DNA from: the human T2T-CHM13v2.0 reference genome, Homo sapiens
DNA length: 64,000 nt
NCBI RefSeq assembly: GCF_009914755.1
Contig: NC_060927.1
Strand: one strand, 5' to 3'
Shown here: positions 31,400 through 46,803 of the stretch, piece by piece
Layout: the number at the start of each line of letters is the position of its first letter
How positions within the stretch are numbered: position 1 is the first letter of the stretch
Notes under the pieces: generated by a model
What the model was told of the DNA's origin: nothing
What the model saw: the letters and a program-made list of their open reading frames with translations, nothing else
Database searches by the model: none
Translations under genes and position numbers: made by a program

Positions 31400-32790
31400 A
31401 AATGAAATAGTGATTTGTAAACTTACAAAAAGAAGGGTCCTTCATGAAGACTAGCTTGGTTTTTTTAGAGGTTCTGTAGAAGAAACACTGGAGCTGATCT
31501 TTGAAGGATAAATTTAGGTAAATCACAGCAATCAAAGTGGACATTCCAGGTAGGGGGAACTTGGAGGTAAAGGTTGGGCATTGCATATTAATGGAAAAAT
31601 GATGAAAGGGATATGACATGATTCCATGTTATATGGGCATTCATGATGAAATGAGGAAAACAAGTTCCATTCATTAATTTAGTATTTTTAATCAATTATT
31701 TTGTGCCAAGCACAGATCCAAACAATGAAAAAACACATTAATGGATAAAAATTATACTCTTGGAGTTCGCTAACTACTTAGGGAGAAATATGTCTGTGAA
31801 ATGTCCACCTAGATACATGTAAAATTGCAACTGTTCTAAATGCGTTGAAAGACAGGTTTGTGACTTTAGGAGGTAGCAGATAGATTTGACTTAGTCAGCA
31901 AAGGCTTCCATGAAAAAGTGACATTTATGCCAAGAGCTGAAAGAATGAGTAAGAATGAGTAGATGGGGCGAGAAGAACATTACAGGCAGAGGAAAAAGCA
32001 TGTACAAGACTACGAAGGAAGCAGCATGCTAGATAAACAAATTTTAGAAAAGGCCTGGTGGCTGACGTGGAGACAGCAAGGGGCAAGAGTGATACAAGAT
32101 GAGGGTGAACAGAAGGGCAGGAGTTAGACCTGATTTTGGCATTTTATACTGAGTTCCTTGAAGGATTTTCTGTGTTGTGTGTGTGTGTGTACAAGTGTGA
32201 CATGATCTGTTTTGAAAGGTTCATCCTGGATGTAATACACAAAACAGTTTAAGTGGGGTTGGGAACATCAGGGTGAATGCAGACAGACTATTAAGAGGCT
32301 CCTACAAGTAAGGGGGGCCTGGAAAGCTGGATCCCAGAGTTTAGATGGTGAGACAGAAAACAGGAATCTACTAAGGTTTTTGAGTATGCTAATAAAAAAA
32401 TGCTTAATAACTATTAGTCTGACAAGATAGATTGGAGAACAAGAAGATCAGCAAAGAAGCTGTGACACTAATGCAAGAGAGAAGGGCCCAGAGCTTAGAC
32501 TAGATGGCAACCAAAGGAAGGAATGGATATGGAAGACTGAATATTCTTATTTAACAATAGTAGTACTAATTGACATGTATTGAATACTTACAACATTCTA
32601 GACACAGTAGATATTCTAGCTGATTCTTACAACTACCCTCTAAGGCAAGTATTACCCCCTTTTACAAACAAGGAAATGGAGAAGGAAAGTAATTTACACA
32701 AGAAACAGCTATTAAGTGGCAGAACCAGGGCCAGAAGCTAGGGCTGTCTTACATCAAAGGTCAGAACCTTAGTGACTACAGACTACTCAG
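31400..32790. mobile_element. Cluster of L2 and MIR fragments
   Basis: cattcattaattt...gtgccaagcac, aaggcttccatgaaaaagtgacattt, and a MIR core near 32650-32730. Confidence 0.55.
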
Positions 32791-34694
32791 GCATTAATGA
32801 CTTAGCGGGTAAAAGAAATGAAGCAGAGCAGGTGAAAAAGCGTGAGGTTTAAAGAATTAGCTGAAGGAAAATGGATGCTTTCAAGGAAACTGATGTGGAC
32901 ACAGGAAGGGAGGAGAAGGTGGTGAGTCTAATTCCCGACATGCCAGATGGCAAAGTAAATGTTCACCCAGCAGGTGGAAATATGGAGGACACAGCAGAAC
33001 ATCTTTAAGCAGAGGCCCCAATGGCTAGATGAGGCCATGAGATGGTTCAGTAGTCCAATGCAAGTGCTGTGTGAACCCTTTTTTTTGCCTCATGAGCATT
33101 CAGCTTATAGTTGTACCTCCTTTTTAGCATTCAAACTCTGTTTGAAAGAATGTGTAAGAGCCTCCTTCTGAGTTGACAATAATAGGGCCCTCCTGCTCTG
33201 AATAGACACCTACAGTTCTAAAGAGCAAATGACTGAATATACTTTCGAACTAAACTAAGTAAATATATTAAGGAGAACAGACTGTATCATTGTTACTACC
33301 TCTCCCCCCAAAAAACACTGATTTTTGAGCAAGTATTGAGCAATTTTATCATTTATTTGGTCAATTGAGAATATAGTACTTTCTAGGCAAAACCTAAATA
33401 GAAAAAATAAAGAAACTATACATGTAATATTTATTAAATTTCCCAAACAACATCTTTTTCATATGATAAAATAGGGTTATCCTCACTGTAGAACAATTAC
33501 ACACAATATTTGGGAATCTAATCAACTGAGGTAGAACTCTGAAGGAAACTGAGCCAAACATAAATAAAATGAGGTGCCAGAAGTGAGAAAATTTTCAACA
33601 CATTTCATCACTCTGCACTCGCCAGTCTTCTGGTCTTACTTCCCTCAGATTTTCCTTATCTTCTTTGACTGAACTACACTATTATAAGATACAACATATT
33701 GCCTAATTTTTTTATCTTTTCTAACATACAGCTTCTCCATATGAGTTTTTATTAGCTTTCTATGGGACATTTTGTTAACAGAAATGTCCAGTATTCCTAC
33801 TTACTATTTTCTTATACATACACACACAAATGCACATATGCATGTGGACCCATACATGCATGGCCCATCACTGGCTCCACCACACTTTCTAAGCCCCAGG
33901 GATGTACACCTCACACTCATCCCCGTTTCTGCCAAAAGTATTCCTGTTGCTGTGGTGTTTACATTTCCAGCAAGGATTGTGTTCCTAACAGAAAATCCCT
34001 AAACTAAAAGAAGGCTGAAAAACCACTGTTCTACACTACTTACAACCAGGAGCTCATCCTCCCAGGAACTTGACTCAACACTGAAGGTGATGTCAAGGAA
34101 GAGTGAACGGTGGCTTGACCTGGCTGGGAAGGAGAGCCCTGCTATAGGAGCTTCTCTACTTGTTCAAAACAGGTTGCTGCTGGGCACTGCTGATTCACAA
34201 TGCCTCCATGGGGCCCTAATAAGGGTTGTGCAAACCTAAGTCATGATTATTATATGCATAAAGAGCCGTTAATTCAAGTCTGAGCACCTAAGCAATCTGC
34301 CTACTTGGAGAAGAGCTGAAAACCTGGAGTTAGGAATTAAAGGAAGTGCCAGCTGCTAAATAAAGCAAACTTGGCCTTGCTGATCTGCATTGAAACAGAG
34401 ATTAGGAACTAAACAGAAATGTCAGAAAGGCCCATGCCTACAGGAAGCAATCTGGGTAATAACACAGGGAAAATGTTACTGGGTTTTGTCTGGGCTTTCT
34501 TATCAAAAGCGTGATCTATAGAATTACAGCATCAGTAACATAAGGGAACTAGACAGAAATGCAGAATATTGGGTCCAGGATACAATTGCATCTGGATAAA
34601 TATTTGGCCTATTAGATAACCTGTCTTTCTAATAAAAAGTCTCAAGCCTGTTGGATATACCATAAGTTCACAGTGGGCAGGTACTATATTTTAT

Positions 34695-34960
34695 AGGTTT
34701 GCCACTCAAAGTGTGTCCCTGGATCAGCAGCAGCAGCAGCCATCACCTGGAAGATGATTGGAAGAGCACAATCTCCACCCTTCCCCAGACCTACTGAATC
34801 AGAATCCACACATTAACAAGATCCCCAGATGATTGATATAAACAATAAAATGTGAGAAACCCTGATCCTACCAGGCCACTGATTCTCACCCTTGGCTGCA
34901 AATTAGAATCACCTGGGAGCAAAAAAAAAACAACAACAAACCTTGATCCAACTCCTAGAC
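34695..34960. mobile_element. MER5-family fragments
   Basis: ccagacctactgaatcagaatc...aacaagatccccagatgatt and ttggctgcaaattagaatcacctgggagc. Confidence 0.7.
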
Positions 34961-35488
34961 AGCCAACTAGCCCCTATTGTGTCTTAGTGCAAATTAGAAA
35001 AAGTCACTCCCTTCTTCCGGAGGACGCAACCCCAGTCAGTCTCTTCATCCAGGTGCTCTTGAACAGAAAATAACCTGTCCAATTCTAACTGGCAGCTTTG
35101 ATGGGAGAGCTGTTTTCAAAATGCTAATGCCCAGTAATTGATCTAGGAGAAGCCCGGAATACACTAAAACAAACAAACAAACAAACAAAAAACCCATAAA
35201 TATTTTTATTATAAAAAACTTCAAACATTTACAAAAGTAAAGATAACAATTCAATGAATTCCACGTACCCGTCACCCAGTTAAAACATGTTCAATCTTGC
35301 TTCATTTAAATCTCCCCCACTTCCCTTCCTACCTTGTCTCACTCTCAAGAATTGGAAAGCAAATCCTGTACAACATATCATACTATCCGTAATATTTCAG
35401 CATGGCTCTTTAAAAGAGATGGATTTCTTTTTAAAAAACAAAACCACAATATAATTATCCCACCTAAGAGGTTATTGATTCCTGAATA

Positions 35489-35851
35489 CTGTCATGCACT
35501 GCTTAACAACAGAAATCCATTCTGAGAAACACATCATTAGGCAATTTCATCATTGTGCAAACATCATAGAGTGTATTTACACAAAACTAGATAGTACATC
35601 CTACTACACACCTAGGCTATATGCTGGCAATAGGAGCAATAGGAGCCTATTGTTCCTATGCTACAAAACTATGCAGCATTTTACTGTATTAAATACTGTA
35701 GGCAACCGCAACACAATGGTATTTATGTATCTAAACATATTTGAATACAGAAAAGGTACAGTAAAATTATGCTATTATAATCTTGTGGGACCACTGTCAT
35801 ATATCCAGTCTATCACTGACCAAAACATCATTATGTGGTGCATGACTCTCT
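35489..35851. mobile_element. Tigger3a-like MITE
   Basis: Terminal inverted repeats GTCATGCAC...GTGCATGAC and internal ctactacacacctaggctata. Confidence 0.8.
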
Positions 35852-36207
35852 AACAAATATATAATCAATGTTTTAATTTTCCCAACTTTCTTGTAAATAT
35901 ATATTTCAAACACTTTTAGAGTTTCTATGTTTAAGTCAGGAAGAAATAATTCCATATATTGCAAGTGGTTATTTTCCCTAAAATGCTTTAATCTTTACAG
36001 GCAATCCCTCTCCGCTTCTCCACACTCTTTCTCTCCCTTTTCTTCCCTTCTTCTCTCCTCCTCCCCTCTTCCTGAAATTTATTTATTGAAGAAAACAGGT
36101 CACTTTTCCTATGGATTTCCTGGCTGGATTTTGCTGATTATCCCCCTGATGTCATTAAACATGTTCTGTTGTCCCCTTATTTGCTGCAAGTAGATAGCTA
36201 GATCCAG

Positions 36208-36432
36208 AGCAGGGACAGACAAACTTTTCCCGTAAAGGATCAGATAGTAAATATTTTTGGCGTTCCAGGCCATATGGTCTCTGTAACTGCTATTCAACTT
36301 TGTCTGTAAACAAAAGCAGCCATAGACAGTATTAAGTGAACCTCTGCAGTTGCGTTCCAACAACACTTTATTTACAAACACAGGCATCAGAAATGATTGG
36401 CCTGAGGGCTGTAATTTGCTGACTTCTAATCT
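36208..36432. mobile_element. MER58A
   Basis: caaacttttcccgtaaaggatcagatagtaaatatttt...actttatttacaaacacaggc. Confidence 0.8.
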
Positions 36433-39400
36433 ACAGCCTTAATCAGATGTAGATTCAAGCTTTTAGCAAGAATATTTCATAGACAGTGCTGTACACTCCC
36501 ATCAGGTGGCATATAATGCCTGATTGTCCTTCTTGTGACATTAACGCCCATTGGTGATCATATCTAGGTGCTATCATTTAAACAGGGACTGCAAAACAGG
36601 AATATTCTTTATCCCTTTGGCACTTATTAGCTTAAGTACTTCTACAATAAGAAACTTTTCCTCTCAATGATTTTGTTAACATGCGATAGAATTCATAAAG
36701 GAAAGGCAGAATAAAAGCTTTCTTCTTTCCTATGTAAACAATTTTCAATATAATAAGCTGGTTACTTAGCATCTTCCAAAGGTAACCAATGAGGGATTTT
36801 TTTTTTTCTTTTTTGGTATTATGAACTCTTGGGTTTAAACCTTATTTAATGCTTTCAATTTATTATTCTTATTGATGTTCCAATTATCCCATAAATAGCC
36901 AGTGGGAGCCTCTTCAATTTGGCTCTTGAGAACTTTTGATATACTCTCAGTAGTCCTTGACACCATACTTACTATGCTATCTGTATGTCCAAATATTCCA
37001 GTCTAATCTTGTACAGTTCCTGCTCTAGACCAAAATCACCTATATCCCCAAGGAGTCATGGGTGGAGGAGCTCATTGCTGCTTGATTAGTTTCTCGACTA
37101 TTTCAATGAAAATATTAGGAAATGTGTATATTTTTTAATAGATGAGATTTATCATGAACTCATATTCATTCACACTGATACTTCCAATTCCAATTTAGAT
37201 GAATCTCTGCTATCTTGCTTCTGTTTCCCCTTTCCTCCATGCTGAAAATCCTAGTTCCCAAGGGTACCTATACAATTACTTGGTTGCTTTACTCCCCTCG
37301 CAATTCTAGCCAAGATTGAGCAGACTGGATTGAAGACTAACTTAGGTGAGGTATAAATAAAGAGCTTAATGTCTTAGAAAAGGCCTTTTGCACTTTTTGA
37401 ATCTTCTGTATCCTTCTGGGTCTTAGGCTATTAGTAAGTAGGCACAATCATCCCATAATGGCTCCTTCAAACTAGGGACACAGGGCCCGTGGGTTTTAGA
37501 AGTTTCAGTGAGAAAGGTAGAAATCAAGTGCATTTATGGGCTGTCACCACTTACTGCTCCTATGGCCCTGGTATGGGGTGACTGTGTCAGTCAAAGGCTA
37601 ATTGGCCACTCCTCTATGGTTACACAGGGAATGAAAAATCCATTTATGAACAGAAGTTGTTGCTATCAAAAGATTATACCAGAAAAGGGGTAAAAATGGA
37701 GGTCACAAACTCTTCTCATTTAAGTTTAGATGAAGGCAGGAAAGTTACATATATGAATATATTTTATCAGTATACCAATAAAGAATGGAACAACTATATA
37801 TTATACAGAATATATATTAATGTATTATATATCCTATCTCCAATTATTAAACATTAAGTACCTACCACATGCCAGGCACTGTGCAAGGCCCTGGGGAATC
37901 AAAGATAAATAAGACACACCCACTAACTTTGGGGGAAACAGAATGTAAGGTAGATAAAAAGCTATTTAAAACACAATAATACAGGTGAAAAAGTGGATTC
38001 ACCCATAGAGAAAGGTAAGATTAATTCTGGACAGGGAAAATTAAGAAAGGTTTTTTTTTTTTGTCAGAGCTATTTTTTTCAGTTTGGTGGTAAAGAATAG
38101 GAAGTGTTTTAATATCCCAAGCTGAGGATTTCTTTAGCACCCAGGAGGCCTGCCTCTCTGACTAAGAGGATACACCCCCATGAAGGTATCATCCAACTTC
38201 ATGGGGAGATGGCGCAAGCCTGAAGCTGCCTGTAGAGGAATGGAACCACACTTCTGTTGATCATGAGCCCTAAAGCAATATATAGGGCCTTTCCCTACCT
38301 AAAGGTCCATACAAGATGTCCCAAAGACCACCATGGGCTTGTAGTATCAGACAAGAGAACCATGGCAGTCTTTATAGGAGAGTATAATCTGCCTCTTAAA
38401 CAAGTTAATAATAAGGATGAGTCTATTCCTGAGGGTTCTCTCACCCATGCTTCCCAAACATCTCCTACCACCCTACCAATTCCTGTTTTTATTTTCCCAG
38501 ACGAGGTGTATCAGAAGGTAAATGCCCAATGAGAGATGCTGCCACAATACACAGGAAGGAAGACAAGGAGTGGGTGGGAGAATTTAACAAACAAAATCTT
38601 CTCTATCAGGAGAGGAAAGAAAGTGAGGAAGAGTTGCAAAACCAAAAACATAAGTAATAAACGAGAAAATAAAGAGAAGCACTGATGGAAAATCACTCAG
38701 TGGGAGTTGAAGCCACCTTTATGTCTCAGACAGTTTGTAGCAGATGCTTTCATCTCATAAAACTAGGATTTCTGTTAAAATAAGTCTATGCTCAAACCAG
38801 ATTATTCTGACCTTAATAAGAATATAAAATAAGAATAAGAGTTATATGACCTTAATAAGAATAAAAAACCAAGCAACATATTATCTTTTCATGGGAGATT
38901 TAAGCTTTTATCTTTTAAAAATGTGTTTATTATGATACAATATATAAATATCATAAGATAAATATCTGAAGCCTCTTCTACTGCTTTGATCTCCTTCAGC
39001 TTTGTTTCTTGGCCCTATTTGCCAACACAACCCAGGAAAGAAACCTTGCTCTCTAATCTCTGATGGAGCAGGCTTTATGTTTTGTTTACCTGCAGCTGTG
39101 TCTTTTTCCCCCATCTGTTTTTGGTGTATGTGCAGATACCAGTGATGTGAAACAACAAAGCTAAAGAATGTTGTTTGCATTTCTTATCAAAGAGCCTATC
39201 ATATTTTCTAAATAATGAGTAAGTTAATGCTGAAGCTTTGATGCATTAAAGGAACGTGAAACCTTAAAGGAAAAGTTCACTGGCAGCATGACTATGCTAC
39301 CCATTTAAAAATATGATGAAACTTTTTAAAAAATATGAAATTGGAGTGCTACCAATTGTCTTTACCTAGGTGGGCCTGAATTGCTTGTACCTTGGGCCTT

Positions 39401-40040
39401 TCAGGGGAGCTTATGGCCACTTCCAGGGCTGTATCGAAAGGTCTACCAACCAGGACAAAGGGATTTTCCAATATCAAGTTTTGTTAACCAGAGGTAAACA
39501 ATTTTCTTTCTGCCCAGTTGATTTAGTATTTTTGTAGTTTAGTTGCTATATGTATGGACAGAAATGTCTGCTAGTATCTAAGGTCTAGAAGATTGTAGAA
39601 TATCTAAGATGGAAAGAACCTTAGAAATAGTTCAGTCAGCTTTCATAGATAATAAAAAATCAATGGCCCCAGATGGTTAAATGACTTCTTCAGAGTGACA
39701 AATCTCAATTTTGGAGCTTATTGAAGATTATTCTAATAAAATATCAGAATATAATTCTCTAGAAGAGGCTAAAATATACACATTTCAAATTAAATATTAC
39801 TTTTTCTTAGGAAAACATACAAAAATACTGAAAAAGCTATCCATTTGTTATCTAAAAATAAGGGCCACGGAAATAGAGAAAATCAGAAGCAAAGACATAT
39901 CCTCAATTTAGTATGTAAAGCAGCAATAAGAAACTTTAATAGAGGATAGAGCTTAAAGTACGAAGTAAAGGAGGTATAAAATGTACCTCTTATGATGTGG
40001 TTTTGTCAGCAAAAGAATTCCTATATATAGAATACCATAC

Positions 40041-40151
40041 CTTTTTAATTTCAGATTTCAAATTACAAGGGTTACTCTGCTGGCTGAAGAGGGATTTCTT
40101 GAATCTCTCTATAACCCTTCTTTTCAAATTGTGGTGCAAAGCTGGAGGAAG
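40041..40151 (-). CDS. NEK10: NEK10 coding exon (111 nt): LPPALHHNLKRRVIERFKKSLFSQQSNPCNLKSEIKK
   Basis: ttttatgcag|CTT CCT CCA ... AAA AAG|gtatgg. Symmetric phase 0/0. It lies inside supplied ORF 39990..40172. Confidence 0.95.
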
Positions 40152-41640
40152 CTGCATAAAATAAGAAAACAATCATTATAAACAAATTGTTAACACTACA
40201 CAGCTGACTACAAAAAGCATTCGCTGAGGGCCCATGTAACAATATTCACTCAATAGGACTATGTAAGAATTTAAATTTTACTGCAAATAGCATGACTAGA
40301 TGCTATAATTTTTACCCTGCGATTCAGAAGGAATATATTATTTTGCTCTTTTTCAAATGGCTGCTTCCATTTATCTTATTGTTTCTTCATTGATTGATAT
40401 TATTTTTCATTTAACAAATTATTCATTAATTGCACACATATACTGAATTTTGTGAAGAACAGTCTTGACACAGAATGGTGCACTTTTATCAGATGTTTAG
40501 GTGCTTATAATATGCCTAGAACTATGCCAAACACTGTAGCCTTGGTACTATAGGATCTGACACTTTGGACCAGGAAACACATATCTGCTTTAGTAGTATA
40601 TATAGTCAGATGCCTGTCTTGGAGTGCTCCTGAAAATTCAGCTGCAGAGAGGTCAGATTTAGGTACCAATCATTCCAGAAGAAAGAGAGGATAGATTAGC
40701 ATATATTAAGACCAGACTAGGATGAGTTACATTTAGTAAGTGAGTAGTAGAAAGTCATGGTAGGACCTTAGAAAACATGGTAACAAAAAAAATGGGGATT
40801 AAAAAAATGATTTGTCATGCTTTGTAGGTTGGATCTCTACAAGAAAATCAAAAGTCCTGGAAAGCACAGAAAGATGAAGTGACATTTAGAAGAAGGATAA
40901 TAGAAAAGAAATTGGGTCAGGATTAAAAGGTTCTCAGAGTGGAAATAATATTTGGTTTTGTTTAAATTATGGAAAGAACTTGAAGGGAGAGAAAGAGGAA
41001 CCAGTCAGAAAAAAGATGGCTAAGTGGAAAGGAAAATGTGATAGTAAGAGATCTCAATATTAAACAAGAATATAATTCAAAGCTCAGATCAAAAGAAAGA
41101 AGAATGTATCAGAAATAATTATTACCCCAACCCTGCTCTATTTTCTAGGCTCCTTTACAGGCTTAGTTAGTACCATGTGACTACTTTTGGTCAATAAAAA
41201 TGATGTGTGTCACTCTGAGGATAAGACAATTCAAAGTCAGTGTGTTTTCTCCACCACTGTCCTCCCTACTGCAAGGAGCTTGGCATTACCATCCTATTCT
41301 GACTGCACAGCCACAAGAAGGAACAGGGCCACCTGAGCAGCCCGAATGGAACTGAGTAAGAAATAAACCTCTATTGTGTCAAGCCAAGGAATTTCAGGGT
41401 GTAACTGTTCGTTCAGCATGACTTAACCTTATCTTATTTACTCAAGTTTTGTCAGACAGGAGGACATATAAAAGATAATGGCAGAGCAAAGAATAGGGCC
41501 TACAGGGAGGGGCTCACAACACTGATTGCACAGCCAAATAAAAACTTTTCATCATCCCAAATATAGTAGAATGTAGGGCCCATTATGAAGTACTGTAATT
41601 ATATAAAACAGGAAAATAATTCAATTGAAAAATGTTTTTA

Positions 41641-41961
<321 letters not shown>

Positions 41962-43297
41962 CTAGTGTTTGAGTCAAAATACGTTAATTAGCGAAGAAAT
42001 AAGACTCTTCTGGAGATACTGAAGCACTTCAGTGTACTCTGAAATGTTTTGTAGGTTGGCAGCACTGAGTCTCCTCTGACCTCTTTTCAGGTCAATATTA
42101 TAGTTTCTTTTGCCTTAATCCAGATGGGATCCCTTCCTCGGCTCCCAGCAAATAGTCATAATTATTATTGTCCTTTCACATGAAATGAAAGGAGGAAATT
42201 TAAAAAAATGTGGAATAGAGAAAGAAAAGAGAGGAAGGGGGGTGCAGGGAGAGAGAGAGAGATTTCTCAGCATTAAGGAGCAAATCAAAGACAGATGAGA
42301 AGGAAAATGAGTATAAATGATATATGTGTGTGAGAGAGAAAAGCAAAAGAGAAATGAATTTAACTTAGAATAGAAACAGACATGAAGGTGAGGAGCATGT
42401 GCATGTATATTCCTAGCAGGAAGATGGGATGGAGTAATGAGGGGACCAGAAAGTACCTGGACAGAGCACAGGTTTGATAATTCCCTTTTGTAATGCACCA
42501 AAAGTTGCCACTTCCCCAAACCAAACACCAGAGGGCAGTGTTGGCCCAGAACCCTCTAGCTGCTGCCCAGCTGACTGCAAGGGGCTGTCAAACAGAAAGG
42601 CAGCGAGCCTTCTCTGCTATGACAAACTTTTGAAAGTGTGGAACACCAGTGGGCTCATAGCTTCCTTCAAAGGGGACTTAACCCACTACTGGAAGCTATG
42701 AGTATCAGATTATTAATTCAGGTACTCTGAGAATTCTTGCGATTTATTTAACTTGAGAAGCCTCTAGTTAAGTTAGAATTGTTTTTACTGCTCCTGATGG
42801 TCTGAATTAAGCCTCAAAAACTCATTTGAGTAAGTTAACATTCAGTCAACTTAAGCTGCATATATATTAGAAAGCTATTGATCTTACTGGAATAATTATT
42901 ACAATGGACAGCACCCCATCTTTGAAGTTTTTTCATACAAGAATTTAAAATTTTACACAAAATGATGACTCATGCATAGTTTAATTGCAGGTGATATAAA
43001 CATAATAATATATTATACGTAAGGACTATAATACTAAGAATAGAATATTAATGTCTATGATTCATTTGAGCCAGACACTATGACTACTCATTTATGCGCA
43101 GTCTCACTTTTTTCTCCACGACAAACTTATAAAGCAAGTACTATTTTATAGGTGAGGAAGTCAGAGCTTAAAGACATTATGTAACATGCAAGAATACTTT
43201 CTGAGCAGCGTCTTCTAGCACAGCCATTATTCTAGAACAGATGCCACCATGACTAGCATTACTGTAGGATAGCACTTTATAGTTTAGAAACATTTTC

Positions 43298-43440
43298 AGC
43301 CAGGCACGGTGGTTCATGCCTGTATTGCCAGCACTTTGGGAGGCAAAGGTGGGAGGACCGCTTGAGCCCAGGAGAGTTCAAGACCAGCCTTGGGCAACAT
43401 GGCAAGATCCATCTCCAATAAAGAAACAAATAAACAAACA
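43298..43440 (+). mobile_element. FLAM / Alu monomer among MIR fragments
   Basis: Single left monomer with an (AAAC)n tail and AAACATTTT on both sides. Confidence 0.85.
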
Positions 43441-44236
43441 TTTTTACATACTTTATTTCATTTGAGGCAAGTAGTCTCATAAGCTCCCCCATCTTACAAA
43501 TGAAGAAAGTGACTCTTAAAAAGATAATTACTTCCTCAAAGTCACACACCTAAAAGCTTGGTTTTTGTTTGCTTGTTTTTACTATACTACACAAAGTAAC
43601 AAAATAATGAAAGCCGATCTGCATGTTTTATACTAGGTTTTCTCAAACTTGCATAATATTAATATTGGAAAAGAATATATAGATTTCTACATATGGAAGA
43701 ATATATGGATTCTTTTAAAGAACTTGCTATATTCTCTAGTATCTCCAAGAATACATCAGAAGACTATCCATTGTTCACAGGACTCCATTTGATAAAAAGT
43801 GATTTAAGTTAGTTCCTAATTCTATTTTTTAAAAAGTTATTTTGACATTACTGCATAAGAGGATATTTCCCTAAATGCTAAAACAGAATGTTCAAAGACT
43901 GTTATCAAACTAAATACACAAAACATAACACTTCTCTTAGAATTTACAAACCCTGAAAATGGCAGTCAATTTAAGAAATACAACTTTATCCTAAATATCT
44001 TATTCTGTTAAATCTAGGTCACCCTTGCCATTAGTACAGGAGATCCAGATGAGCAGGTATGGATGGTTCTAGTCTTATCCATCACTACTGCTGAAAAAAC
44101 ACAGAACGTTTCACCAATGACAGTCAGTAGTATAATTTTCATTGGAGGACAACACATTGCTATTCTGAACTACATTTTTTTCCATTGGCAATAACTGTGG
44201 TTGTGAAGACAAACAATTCAAAGGCGCTTCAAATAA

Positions 44237-44571
<335 letters not shown>

Positions 44572-46081
44572 CCAATGTTTAATTTTTAAAAGATGCTATA
44601 TATCCTGATTTTCAAAGCATCTATTTAACAAAACAATCTAAATGTAAGTATAAAGTTAAATCCAGTGCTTCACTGGGCTGTGCAGGTGTGACCTAAGCAA
44701 TAACACATAAAGACTCATACTCAAAGGTAACATATGTACTTTAGTCACCTTATATGTCCAAAGGTAGATTTGGGGTTCCAGCAATAGAAGTAAACCACTG
44801 ATTTCATACTTAGCTTGCTGGTCTTACGATTACCATTTCAGCTTTGATAAAAACAGAGGTCAAATCAGTTAGAAAGCAAGGTAAGGATTTTAACATCCTG
44901 CCTTCTAAAATAGTTGCTTTTAGATGATTTTCACTGATCTGTCTCCATGGAAACGAGACAGAAAAGGCCACCACCAACCAAAAGTAAGAAGTTTTCCTTG
45001 TTAAGTTCATCTGCTGGTTGTCAGGAGATATGTGGCCCCTCAGTTTAGGGCAGCTACCAAGTGTTAAGTCTGAGAGAGTTTGACTAGTAAATAAATATGT
45101 GAAAATATTGTCTTTTTGTTTGTTTTTCCAATTCATTCTTACTTTCAGTCTTCCTTTGCAATTAGCAAAGTAACTGATCTTGGTCTTTAACCTATAGCAA
45201 ATACACTAGTATAATATTTACATGTATTTTTCTTTTTTATTTGAAAGTCATTGACTTTGTTTAGCACTATAAGTTAAAGTTCCTCAAAGAGGAATCATTC
45301 CCGACTATGTGCAATGTCATAAACTTTAGAGTATTCTGGAAATACATTTTAAAAATCACGATAGTTATATTTGAACTTGTAGCAAGGAATGCCATTCTGC
45401 CAAAAAAAATGAAATCATTTGTTACACTGGCAGTTCAAGAGCATAATAATAAGATATTTATAATAGTTTTACTCTTGCTTTAAACTACTTTGAAATCCAA
45501 TAAGAAAATGGTATACATTATAAAGTTTTTTATTACATAAAAATTAGCAAGACAGGCATATGAAAACTATATTTAAATTTCAAAGGATATTTCTCTCAAT
45601 TGAATAGTTAATAGTTAAGAGAACTAAAAAGCTATTTAAAGCTATTTCCGTAACACTAAAGTTAAGAATGCTTTTTCCATATTTCTATATCAGTATTTAA
45701 ATGGACATGCATTAATATAACCACTTTACTCAATATAGATATGGCAGATTATATTTTGATGTATTAGTCAAGCTTCCCCCAATATTTCCCTGTACTCCTT
45801 CACCCTCTTTTACGTAATTAGTTAGACAATTCTGTGGTTGCCTAAGAGAAAGCTTGACAGCAGAAAATAGAAAAGTGATCAGTTTTAGACTCTTGCATCT
45901 CCAAAAGGCAGCCATCGGGAAAGAAAAAAGAACACCAGAGTTTGGACAAAACTTGATAGATAAGACCCAGGCTACTCAGCCCCAGGCTTAAAGACTACCC
46001 AGGCTAAAGGGAAAGCAAGGAGAACTCAGAGGTAGGGAGACACCAAAGAAGGCGGTTCCTTGTCTAGTCCCCTAGGTTAAG

Positions 46082-46803
46082 TGTGTCAGTAAGCAGCCTG
46101 TCAGCTCCAAGTCCACCCTTTCATTATCCAGCTTGTGATACTGGAACATTTCTCCCTTGCCATCTAGCAGGATGCTAAGCTCTATCAGAAGAGAGCCCTG
46201 GAGGGATGCTGAAGGAGGATGGATCTTGTTTCCTGGCTCCAGTGATGCTCCTGCGTTGCCTTGCTGCGGCAGCTCATAGCAAACAGCACATGTGGGACCC
46301 CTAGAGGTTGGTGCTAACCCCCAGTCAAATCCAGTGGCACCAACTCTGCAGGTCGCTCCCCAGAGAATTCCATGGAGCAACACCTAACTCAGGGTGGCCT
46401 CCCCTGGTCCCATGGAGGGTGCTACCCAGCACAATACCCTCAAGTGCTGATTCCCAGTAAGTTCCAGGGCACAGTACCTCACTGTGGAGGGCTTGCCCAG
46501 GTCCCCCAGAGGGACACTTCGCTTCAAGTTTCTCCAGTATAGCACCTTACTAATTTTTCTGATCTTTTCAGTAAGGTCAGGACTTCGACCTAGTGTGGGA
46601 GTGCCCAATTCTATATTTGTTCCTTTCTTGGGTGCTCTGCCTCAGCCCTAGAGGTTGTGACTTCTTTTTGTGCTCTTCCTACATCCTTTAGATTTCTCTT
46701 CCCCTCCCTAGTAGATAATACTCATCATAGTTAATAATTCTTTACATTAAACCTTCCCTGTTGAAACTATGGTATGGTTTCTGACTAGACCCTCACTGAT
46801 ACA
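46082..46803 (+). mobile_element. ERV-L class LTR (subfamily not determined)
   Basis: TGTGTCAGTAAG start, ATTAAA at about 46746 and a CTGATACA end, directly followed by ERV-L internal sequence. Confidence 0.7.

Larger units (their letters stand above)
35200..37300 (-). mobile_element. Old L1M 3' region hosting Tigger3a and MER58A
   Basis: aaaaacttcaaacatttacaaaagta...acgtacccgtcacccag terminus typical of L1MC/ME; long degenerate stretch. Confidence 0.6.
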